64,000 bases of DNA from Pseudomonadales bacterium (GTDB lineage: Bacteria; Pseudomonadota; Gammaproteobacteria; Pseudomonadales; JAHRWD01), in contig JARGPR010000007.1 of the NCBI GenBank assembly GCA_029210125.1, positions 105,008 to 169,007 of the forward strand, given 5' to 3'. The notes beneath the pieces were generated by a model that worked only from the letters and a program-made list of their open reading frames with translations, was not told the origin of the DNA and ran no database searches. The position numbers were made by a program, and so were the translations under genes. Positions 31,887 through 39,708 of this stretch are shown piece after piece (the stretch's first letter is position 1; each line of letters begins with the position of its first letter).

Positions 31887-32495
31887 ATGCGACGATCTGT
31901 TGAATCTGGGATTAATGAACAGTATGAAAAATTCTTCCAATCAGATGATTGGACTACGTTTAAATACGCTGCTGATTACTATCTCAAAAATGCTGCGTTG
32001 ATTTTAAAAAAGGATATTAATTATTGTGATGATAGTTTAAAACTGATGTTCCGAAATATTCAAAAAAGACTTTACATCGGTATAGCCTGTGAGTTCCTAC
32101 TAAAGTCTATATTTCTAAAACTTGGTTACGTTACTAACAAACCTCAAAGCAGAGAGATACCAGAAGGCAGCTATCCATATTTATTTTCAAGCATAGATCC
32201 AAAAGATTTTTCTATGAGTAATACGCTAACCTTTAATGAGCTACTTCAGAAATTGTGTCAAATAGGTGATTTTGAAAATTCTAGAGCAACAATAGAAAAA
32301 GGCCTGAAAATAGCGAAAGTGTTTAGAAATAAGGAGGGTCACGTAGTTTCAGTGGCGCACGAGTATGATTCTCAAAATTATCGTGATGTCGAAGAGGGCT
32401 TGAAATTGCTGTATGAGGCAGTTTTCGCCGAAAAAATTGAAATATTTATAGCTTTTGGAAAAAATGAAACAGGAAAGTTTGAAATCGGCAACTAA
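31887..32495 (+). CDS. Hypothetical protein, probable HEPN-superfamily domain
   Basis: GIACEFLLKS N-terminal E..LK element and RNKEGH (Rx4H) at 32325-32342; visibly AT-rich; RBS AAGGAAGG. Confidence 0.65.
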   Translation: MRRSVESGINEQYEKFFQSDDWTTFKYAADYYLKNAALILKKDINYCDDSLKLMFRNIQKRLYIGIACEFLLKSIFLKLGYVTNKPQSREIPEGSYPYLFSSIDPKDFSMSNTLTFNELLQKLCQIGDFENSRATIEKGLKIAKVFRNKEGHVVSVAHEYDSQNYRDVEEGLKLLYEAVFAEKIEIFIAFGKNETGKFEIGN

Positions 32496-32557
32496 CAATG
32501 CTCGGCTTATTCTGAACATTAGATGCTAATGGATCGATTATATTAAGGAGTTAACCT

Positions 32558-32992
32558 ATGAAACATAACTTGAGCTTGTTAGCGATTACTATTTTGACAC
32601 TTGTGCTATCAAGCACAGCTAGCGCTGCTTACTTTCAAACCACTTACACAATCATTAAACGCTGCGAAGAACCTCCCAAGAACATTAAAGAACAAACTGC
32701 AGAATTTGTGAAAATAGCAAATGGCTTAAGTTCTTGTTACGCATATCTTATGGCAGTCGGCGATGGCTTGGATGCATCGGAGTTAGAGGTTACTAAATCC
32801 TCTGATCAAAGCAAGATTAAAAGGTGGCCCAATGATGTTTGCTTGCCTAGATCTGTTGACCAAGAGGACCTTCGTAAAGTATTTATCGGCTATACCGAGA
32901 AATACCCGTATCCAGAGTTAACCGGAACAAATCCAGCCTATGTGGTCGCCCAGGCATTTGCTTTACGCTGGCCTTGTGCAACGGAAGATTAA
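32558..32992 (+). CDS. Rap1a/Tai-family secreted immunity-like protein
   Basis: Signal peptide; CYAYLMAVGD...VCLPRSV...VFIGYTEKYP...VAQAFALRWPC matches the Rap1a cysteine pattern; RBS AAGGAG. Confidence 0.75.
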   Translation: MKHNLSLLAITILTLVLSSTASAAYFQTTYTIIKRCEEPPKNIKEQTAEFVKIANGLSSCYAYLMAVGDGLDASELEVTKSSDQSKIKRWPNDVCLPRSVDQEDLRKVFIGYTEKYPYPELTGTNPAYVVAQAFALRWPCATED

Positions 32993-33023
32993 CAGTGCTG
33001 GATATGGCACCTAACCAGAGCGC

Positions 33024-33057
33024 AAAAGGGGTCAAGCGTTGATCTAATATATTATTT
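33024..33057 (+). repeat. Junction motif copy 1 AAAAGGGGTCAAGCGTTGATCTAATATATTATTT
   Basis: Identical 34-mer at 34236-34269; partial copy at 33301-33320. Confidence 0.9.
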
Positions 33058-33279
33058 TTATAGCTTTCTGTCGTGCCTACCGTGCCGGATATGCAATACG
33101 CTTACAGCATCACCTTCAATCACATATAAGACTCGATAATCGCCGATGATTAAATGACGAATGCCTCTCTGAATATCAAGGTCTTCCCGCGCTATCGGGC
33201 ATCGCTCTGCGAGTTCGTCGAGCTTTTCGATGGCTTCAATGACTCTCAAGTACCAATTTACAGCATTCTGGGGAGACTC
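33058..33279 (-). pseudogene. 5'-truncated RelE/ParE toxin, near-duplicate of 34269-34490, no antitoxin
   Basis: ESPQNAVNWYLRVIEAIEKL...RHLIIGDYRVLYVIEGDAVSVLHIRHGR; DNA similarity to the second copy ends abruptly at 33279. Confidence 0.85.
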
Positions 33280-33300
33280 TAAAAGATAAAAGGAAAAGAT

Positions 33301-33320
33301 AGCATTGATCTAATATATTA
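33301..33320 (+). repeat. Partial junction motif copy AGCATTGATCTAATATATTA
   Basis: 19/20 match to the core of the 34-mer at 33024 and 34236. Confidence 0.8.
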
Positions 33321-33505
33321 CTTTCGAAATGGCCATGGTTACTCGCACATAAACCAGTACGCAACCAAGCCCACTTGCTCGAAGCTAACACGCAAAGCAA
33401 GGCTGAAACTATATCAACCACAGCGTGCATTTTGGTTACAAACTTAATTCAAAAGTGGAGAATGGCTTTGTTACGGTGGTAATCAAGAACCTTACAACTC
33501 TACGT

Positions 33506-33790
33506 TCACCGCTTGATATCGCGATAGAAATTTTCATGGGAGCCGAGAGCTATTAACTCAAGGATTAAAGTTCCATCATCAAAACTATATCCTAGTAGAG
33601 TCAATTGCTTATTCATCTTGAATTTATATACACGCAAAAAAGACAGATCGCCTTTCTTTTGCTCTCCAAGCGCGGGCTTAGCCATTAATTTTTTGACGGC
33701 CGTATCCAGTTCCTTTTTTTGGTTGGGCTTGAGTTTCTTAACCGTCTTCTTAAAAGTAGGTGTTTGTAAAACACTCTTTGCCTTAGTCAA
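33506..33790 (-). CDS. RelE/ParE-like type II toxin
   Basis: TTG start overlapping the antitoxin end; LQTPTFKKTVKKL...GEQKKGDLSFLRVYKF...GSHENFYRDIKR. Confidence 0.88.
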   Translation of the reverse strand: MTKAKSVLQTPTFKKTVKKLKPNQKKELDTAVKKLMAKPALGEQKKGDLSFLRVYKFKMNKQLTLLGYSFDDGTLILELIALGSHENFYRDIKR

Positions 33791-34004
33791 AGTCGTAGCT
33801 CTCCAGCTTTCCCGCTTCCCTCTCGGCTTCGGCAATGATCACTTGCTTCACAAATCCATAGGGTAAATCGGGGTTATCTTCCATGATCTCACCAATTTTT
33901 GCCCAATGCTCAATCTGCTTTGGTGGTGTTCGATTCAATGCTTTCGCCATGATTGTAGCTTTATCTATAAGGTCTTGGTCTAAACGTACACTTGTTGTTG
34001 CCAT
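33783..34004 (-). CDS. ParD-like (RHH) type II antitoxin
   Basis: MATTSVRLDQDLI...NRTPPKQIEHWAKIG...EDNPDLPY; RBS GGAGGG; directly upstream of the toxin. Confidence 0.88.
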   Translation of the reverse strand: MATTSVRLDQDLIDKATIMAKALNRTPPKQIEHWAKIGEIMEDNPDLPYGFVKQVIIAEAEREAGKLESYDFD

Positions 34005-34020
34005 GTCGCGGCCCTCCATT

Positions 34021-34041
34021 ATTGATGCGTACTGCATCAAT
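34021..34041. promoter_or_regulatory. Probable autoregulatory operator of the ParD-like/ParE-like TA operon
   Basis: Perfect 8-bp inverted repeat ATTGATGC-GTACT-GCATCAAT just upstream of the antitoxin RBS; second small dyad GCCTC-ACGA-GAGGC at 34053-34066. Confidence 0.55.
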
Positions 34042-34235
34042 TGTAGCAACATGCCTCACGAGAGGCCATTTATTAAAAACTCCTACGACTAAAAATATGC
34101 CCTTTTCTTGCCACTAAGGATTCACTTTTCACTCCTGATTATTGCAAACCATGGTATTTAATATCGTCATCTTCTTTTCTCATGCAGTCCATGATGGCTA
34201 ATTTTTTGGGAACAAAAAGAAAAAGAGGTCAGAGA

Positions 34236-34269
34236 AAAAGGGGTCAAGCGTTGATCTAATATATTATTT
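34236..34269 (+). repeat. Junction motif copy 2, preceded by related AAAAGAGGTCAGAG
   Basis: Identical to 33024-33057. Confidence 0.9.
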
Positions 34270-34565
34270 CATAGCTTTCTGTCGTGCCTACCGTGCCGGA
34301 TATGCAATACGCTTACAGCATCACCTTCAATCACATATAACACCCGATAATCCCCGATGATTAAGTGACGAATGCCTCTCTGAATATCAAGGTCTTCTGG
34401 CGCTAACGGGCATCGCTCTGCGAGTTTGTCGAGCTTTTCGATAGCTTCAATGACACTCATATACCAATTTACTGCATTCTGGGGAGACTCCTTTTCAATC
34501 TGCGCATATCGTCGGGCAAGGTCATTTTCAGCGGTTAGCTTGATCTCTACTCGGTATTTCTTTAA
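34269..34565 (-). CDS. RelE/ParE-family toxin (98 codons) lacking a canonical start (begins TTA)
   Basis: LKKYRVEIKLTAENDLARRYAQIEKESPQNAVNWY...RHLIIGDYRVLY; overlaps the antitoxin stop by 4 bp; in-frame TGA shortly upstream. Confidence 0.8.
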   Translation of the reverse strand, partial: LKKYRVEIKLTAENDLARRYAQIEKESPQNAVNWYMSVIEAIEKLDKLAERCPLAPEDLDIQRGIRHLIIGDYRVLYVIEGDAVSVLHIRHGRHDRKL

Positions 34566-34837
34566 CGCTTGATACCGTGTTTTGCCTCAAATTCTTTAGT
34601 GAATTGACTGAGGGGTCTACCTTCTTCCGATAGCGCTTGCCTGATATTTTGAATGCTTTCCGCATACGAGGCTAACTCAGCCATGTGCTCATAGGTTTCT
34701 GCATCTTGTACCACCACTGCCGCTTTGCCGTTGACGGTCAGGATCTCAGGGCGCTTACTATCCATGAGTCGCTTGATATGTTCTGCCGGTTTACGACTAA
34801 AATCGGTTACGGTGTGTATATCTGAACTATTAAACAC
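34562..34837 (-). CDS. Phd/YefM-family antitoxin
   Basis: IHTVTDFSRKPAEHIKRL...PEILTVNGKAAVVVQDAETYE; GTG start. Confidence 0.9.
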   Translation of the reverse strand: MFNSSDIHTVTDFSRKPAEHIKRLMDSKRPEILTVNGKAAVVVQDAETYEHMAELASYAESIQNIRQALSEEGRPLSQFTKEFEAKHGIKR

Positions 34838-35180
34838 GGGCTTGCCTCCAAGCAGAGAATAAACATATTATTATCTGTTTACGCGATTCTGGATGATTAC
34901 GCAAGACAAAACTGCATAGTTGGCGTTTCTGTAGGTTGTCTCTCGATTTACCGCAAAAAACAGTTCAGGAGAGATGAAAACGGTAAGGTCTGGATTTCGT
35001 ATAACGATTTTCGGTATTCGGTAAAAAGGCACGGGATTCAAAACTGTACGAAGGTAATCTCTAAAATTGAGAATATCCTCGCTAACGTTACGAGATCTGC
35101 GGCCAGCAATTAGAAATTGCCTGCAAGAATTCGATATCTAACCTCTTTTTGAGTCTTTCTTTTCGCTGCGGACAACCAGC

Positions 35181-35756
35181 CTATCTTCCCGCCTCAAAAT
35201 TACGCAGTTTTATGGCGATCTGGCTGCCTAGTTTTTTGCCCAGCGCACCCTTGTTGGGCGTGCATAGATAGGCTATGGGGGTAAGGCCACCACAGGTAGT
35301 TTGGCTATAGTTGATCCTAAAGCGCTCAATTACGGTTGGGCTACCGGTTTTTCTTACCTGTACATCTGCAACCATTTCGGCAGAGAGTACCAGAGGTAGG
35401 ATAAACACAGTTGCGCCGGCGACTACCGCTGCAATAATCGATGAAACTATATTCATTTCACCAGTATTAGTTAACGTAATCGATATGTCATAGTCACTAC
35501 CTTCCGGTCCAGGCGGCTTCAGACCATACTCGTTTAACGCACTGACTAGTTCGCTGTATACAATGTCACGATCTTCACTAGTAAGCGCACTACCCGTTAA
35601 GTTAACCGCGAAAGCAGTATCTCGCGGAGATTTGCTGTGCTCGCCTAACTTTGCTCCATACTGAACCGAATAGTGGGTTGAAACGCAGCTCTGCAATAGA
35701 AACATACAGATAGTTATCGCTGCGATCGTTTTTACGTTCCTGCATCCAAGTTTCAT
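35181..35756 (-). CDS. Hypothetical lipoprotein
   Basis: Basic N-terminus, hydrophobic stretch and lipobox LQS-C; internal hydrophobic helix; RBS GAGG. Confidence 0.7.
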   Translation of the reverse strand: MKLGCRNVKTIAAITICMFLLQSCVSTHYSVQYGAKLGEHSKSPRDTAFAVNLTGSALTSEDRDIVYSELVSALNEYGLKPPGPEGSDYDISITLTNTGEMNIVSSIIAAVVAGATVFILPLVLSAEMVADVQVRKTGSPTVIERFRINYSQTTCGGLTPIAYLCTPNKGALGKKLGSQIAIKLRNFEAGR

Positions 35757-35846
35757 GCCTACCTCACCTGCTCTATTTATACACTCGAGCTAGTTTAAAT
35801 AGCGACCCCGCGATCGAATATAATTCGCATAAAAGCTTCCGCATTA

Positions 35847-36848
35847 TCAGTGTGCACCCGCCGCTTCCAATAGTTTTTGATATTCGACCAATCCATAATT
35901 TTTACTGAATTTTAGTGCTGTTAACCCACCTTTATCTGCAGACACGATAGACCCAGGGTTGCCAGTGGAGCGCAATACAGCCCGGCCCCCCAACGCAGTA
36001 TTTCCCCCTTTTTTAAAGTTTACAATACGCATATTGTTTGGCTCCGCACCTGCCTTCAACAGCAACGCGAATTGATCCAGTAACTGAATTTTTTTCTCGT
36101 CCGAGATACCGACCAGACTCGAAGAACTCAACATCCCACCGTTATTACTCATAAGAATAACCGTCGCCATCCGTGACTGTAGTATTTCCAAGAGTGCTCT
36201 GGCACCGACGTCACCAGCGGCAAGTGTCATCCCCTTATCCAGCAACTGATTTACTCGGGGTTCATCTTGGTTCATGCACGCTTCGAGAAGGGGTAAATAA
36301 CGCAGTGTACTTCGTGCCTCGTCCGCGTAAATACCTTCGGGAAAAAGCTGCAAATAGTTTTTATATGCGGCCGTCGTTTGTTTGTCCTGGGCTTTTTTGA
36401 AACTGAATTGATCTATCTGGTTGCGGGCTTGAAGTGCATATTTGCCATCGGCGTATTGGCCCAGATAGCTCTGGTAACTAGCGATGTTGTGTGTTTTTTT
36501 TGCTTTGGCAAACCGCAACTGTTCCAACGCGTTATGTGCAGCGGGGGCATTCAGGCCTTTTGGAAATCGCTCCAAATAAGTCTGGTAGCTAAGTTCATCA
36601 TTTTTTGATTTTGCCTGGTTAAAGGAAAGCCGATCGATTCTACTCAGCGCATCAGCTACATACTCGGAATCCGGATTGTCGCCAACAAAGCCCTGGTATG
36701 CTGAAATCGTATTCTGGTACTGAGTTTTTTCCCATTGGCTAACCGAGCTGGAGCATGAGACGAGGCTGGAGGCAGCGAGCAGAGCAATCGCCATTTTTGT
36801 CGGCGCTATCTGCGCTAGCTGTAGGGGCATTGTTGCAGTAGCTTTCAT
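35847..36848 (-). CDS. Lipoprotein with four ~37-aa helical repeats (Y..YL..FP.G.Y...A) and an ankyrin-like C-terminus
   Basis: Lipobox LVS-C; four tandem repeats visible in the translation; LLKAGAEPN / LLEAAGA segments. Start is uncertain. Confidence 0.7.
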   Translation of the reverse strand: MKATATMPLQLAQIAPTKMAIALLAASSLVSCSSSVSQWEKTQYQNTISAYQGFVGDNPDSEYVADALSRIDRLSFNQAKSKNDELSYQTYLERFPKGLNAPAAHNALEQLRFAKAKKTHNIASYQSYLGQYADGKYALQARNQIDQFSFKKAQDKQTTAAYKNYLQLFPEGIYADEARSTLRYLPLLEACMNQDEPRVNQLLDKGMTLAAGDVGARALLEILQSRMATVILMSNNGGMLSSSSLVGISDEKKIQLLDQFALLLKAGAEPNNMRIVNFKKGGNTALGGRAVLRSTGNPGSIVSADKGGLTALKFSKNYGLVEYQKLLEAAGAH

Positions 36849-37136
36849 CTGGCACCCTCTGTTTGCGATATACGAAAATGTCTGACTACGTAATGCTAGG
36901 GAAACGAGACAACCCCTCACAAAATCTACGGGTATTACGTTAACATATCACCAGTGAAAATGGCGTCAATATTCAACGACATGTTCCAGAAAACGGAGGT
37001 ACCGCAAAACCGAGGTCTACTCCACTCATGCCACAAAACACACAATGCGGGTTCAGACATTCTCTTTAAGTTCAAACGAACTCTACATAAAAAACATTGC
37101 TGGGATGAGCTGCAAGGCTCCGCGGATGGCCAATCT

Positions 37137-37556
37137 TCACTTATAATCTTCCAACTGCTTCTCCAGTGTTTGCTCCCGTTGATCCATCATACTTTGGACA
37201 CCCCCGGCCTTTTGTAACGTTTCAAGCCCCTGCTTAATCGTGCTGATACTTGAATAGTCGGGTGATTGTTTATCCTGTTTGAGATTCGGCTGGGCCTGAC
37301 TCCCCTCCAGCACTGAGAGCTGTTCAGCATAGTTGGTTTTGATCACATTTTGGTCGGATCGAATCTTTAGCGTCTCGCTATTGCTCGGCGCTGAACCAGC
37401 GTTTGAAAAATGCCAGACTCCCTGTGCATCCTGCCATTTTTGTACTTCGGTGATCGTAACGGCTTCCGGCTTGATCGGCGATGAGTCCTTCGTAAAATAC
37501 TGTACAGCTATAACTAATGCAGCAATCACTACCGCAAGCTTAATCAGTAATCTCAA
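37137..37556 (-). CDS. DUF4124-domain protein
   Basis: N-terminal TM then VQKWQDAQGVWHFSN motif; TTG start with RBS AGGAGG. Confidence 0.75.
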   Translation of the reverse strand: MRLLIKLAVVIAALVIAVQYFTKDSSPIKPEAVTITEVQKWQDAQGVWHFSNAGSAPSNSETLKIRSDQNVIKTNYAEQLSVLEGSQAQPNLKQDKQSPDYSSISTIKQGLETLQKAGGVQSMMDQREQTLEKQLEDYK

Positions 37557-37823
37557 ACTAGCCTCCTGTTTAATACGAACTATTTATTACCTACGACCTA
37601 ATACGAATCGTTTTATCGCTCGGTCGATGGACTTACGATCAACCCTAACCAGTATAGACACAGAACTGGAAGCCCTAAGATCAGGATCGTTTATTTGGCG
37701 ATTTAGGTGAGTCGTCAAAACCGTCACAATTCGATGCTACAATGCTCACCCAGGTCGGTGGTGATCAACTTTAGCATCACCGAAGACCCTACTTTTTGAC
37801 GCTAAATTAAGGAGAAAGTCACC

Positions 37824-38129
37824 ATGTTTGTAGTTGCCAACCGTGTGCCCGTTGCAGAGGAATTTGGAGCCGAATTTGAAGAGCGTTTTGCCAAACGTGC
37901 TGGTGAAATCGAAAGCCAGGAAGGTTTTGTTCGTATGCAGATTCTAAGACCGGTTTCAGAGGGTGCGCCCTATTCTGTACTCACCACCTGGGAGAGCGAA
38001 GAAGCGTTCAAAAACTGGGTGGGCAGCCCAGACTTCAGACTGGCTCATCAAAACCCTATGCCTAAGGAGTCATTCTCTGGCAAGCCCAGCATGGAGCAGC
38101 ACCTGGTTGTCATTTCCGCTGAAAAGTAA
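37824..38129 (+). CDS. Antibiotic biosynthesis monooxygenase (ABM/IsdG-like)
   Basis: MFVVANRVPV...FEERF...GFVRMQIL...TTWESEEAFKNWVGSPDFRLAH. Confidence 0.88.
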   Translation: MFVVANRVPVAEEFGAEFEERFAKRAGEIESQEGFVRMQILRPVSEGAPYSVLTTWESEEAFKNWVGSPDFRLAHQNPMPKESFSGKPSMEQHLVVISAEK

Positions 38130-38177
38130 CGATACATTGCTGTTTGGGAAAAATAATAAACTAAAGGAGAGATCCAG

Positions 38178-39313
38178 ATGTCCGCAATAACCCCATTTAA
38201 AATTGATATCGACGAGCAACAGCTAACCGATCTCCAGCAACGCCTTGAAATGACCCGCTGGCCAGAAAAGGAAACCCCCACCGACTGGAGCCAGGGCATT
38301 CCCCTGAGCTATGCGCAAGAGATTGTCGAATACTGGAAAAACAACTACAACTGGCGCGAACGCGAAGCTTTACTAAACCGCTTCGATCAGTTTAAAACCG
38401 AGGTCAATGGCCTGAATATCCATTTTATTCACCAGCGTTCTAAAGTGGCCGGTGCCACTCCGCTGATCATCACCCACGGCTGGCCCGGCTCGATTGTCGA
38501 ATTCCAAAAGGTGATTGAACCACTCACAGACCCGGAAGCTTTTGGTGGCAAAGCAGAGGATGCTTTCCATGTTATTTGCCCCTCTATTCCCGGTTACGCA
38601 TTTTCAGACAAACCAACTGAAACGGGCTGGGATGTCTCGAGGGTTGCCGACACCTGGGCCAAGCTAATGGCCAAACTGGGTTATGACAAATACTTTGCTC
38701 AAGGCGGCGACTGGGGATCAATGATCACTACCGCACTGGGTATTCAGGACCCTGAACACTGCATGGGTATCCATCTGAATATGCCCATAGTCGGGCCTGA
38801 CCCTGAAACCATGAACGATCTGACCGACCGTGAAAAAATGGCGTTGGCAGCTATGCAGCACTATCAGGATTCAGACTCTGGATACTCCAAGCAACAATCT
38901 ACCCGCCCCAAACACTGGGTTACGGACTGGTGGATTCCCCCGCTGGCCAGGCGGCCTGGATTATTGAAAAATTCCAGGCATGGATGGACTGTAACGGTCA
39001 TCCGGAAAATGTCGTCAGTAAGGATGAACTGCTCGACAACGTGATGATGTACTGGTTGCCCGCAACCGGGGCATCTTCTGCACGGCTGTACTGGGAAAGT
39101 TTTGGTGGCGATAACTCCGCTGAAGTGACCATTGCAACCGGTGCCAGTGGTTTCCCGAAGGAGATATTCCCCTCCTCCGAACGCTGGTTAGCCAAACGTT
39201 TCACCAATTTGGTGTATTACAACGAGCTCAATGCCGGCGGCCACTTTGCAGCCTTTGAAGTACCTGAGGTCTTTGTTGAAGAGCTCCGAAACTGCTTCGG
39301 GAAAATGAGTTAA
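38178..39313 (+). pseudogene. Epoxide hydrolase (EHN plus alpha/beta hydrolase) with a 1-bp frameshift at the C-run 38906-38909
   Basis: HGWPGS, QGGDWGS and GGHFAAFE motifs are split over two frames; adding one C restores STRPQTLGYGLVDSPAG. Confidence 0.88.
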
Positions 39314-39349
39314 CGATTTCAGGCAGAGTAATCGTCACTTGATACACTC

Positions 39350-39377
39350 CGTCGCACCCCTTTACGGGTGTGACGGC
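39350..39377. other. Stem-loop downstream of the epoxide hydrolase (possible terminator)
   Basis: CCGTCGCACCC-CTTTAC-GGGTGTGACGG, 11-bp stem with one G-U pair; no clear U-tract. Confidence 0.4.
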
Positions 39378-39708
39378 TATCCCTCATTGTCACACCACCC
39401 TCACCAGTCTGTGTCAGCGTCCACTGGCCTAAGCACTTTTTATAACGACCCGAAAAACCACAGCAAACGATGCGTGAAGCAAGCGGTTTAATTACCGTTT
39501 TACTCTTTATCAGTAGAGCCCCCATTTATAAGTAGAACCCCAATGATCGATTTTTGATCCTTGCTGGGCATTGCGCGGGTATTGGCTTCTTTTTCACATC
39601 TCAAACCGGGCTTTTCAAACATTGTATTCACTCATACGGCGGACTGATCGTAAGTAGATTGTTGATCCAAACCAGATCCCCTATGATTGCGCTGTAAGTT
39701 TTCTGCAT

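Noticed and set aside
31860-33020. Complete integron or attC array
   Set aside because: Only isolated core-like heptamers (GTTAGCT, AACTAAC, ACCTAAC) are present. The segment after the HEPN-like gene is too short for an attC and ends ATTAGAT, and no integrase is in the window.
33236-33430. 64-aa minus-strand ORF between the TA units
   Set aside because: It crosses the junction motif and the truncated toxin, has no RBS, and no family is recognisable.
33024-34269. CRISPR array from the repeated 34-mer
   Set aside because: Only two full copies and one partial copy, spaced by hundreds of bases containing genes; no cas genes.
34825-35113. Stop-free plus-strand frame of ~95 codons (…RDENGKVWISYNDFRYSVK…)
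   Set aside because: No ATG/GTG/TTG start near its 5' end, it overlaps the antitoxin promoter region, and no motif is recognisable; at most a gene remnant.
38900-38915. Programmed -1 frameshift in the epoxide hydrolase
   Set aside because: The in-frame codons CCC AAA do not form a canonical X XXY YYZ slippery site, and no such recoding is known to me in this family; a homopolymer error is simpler.
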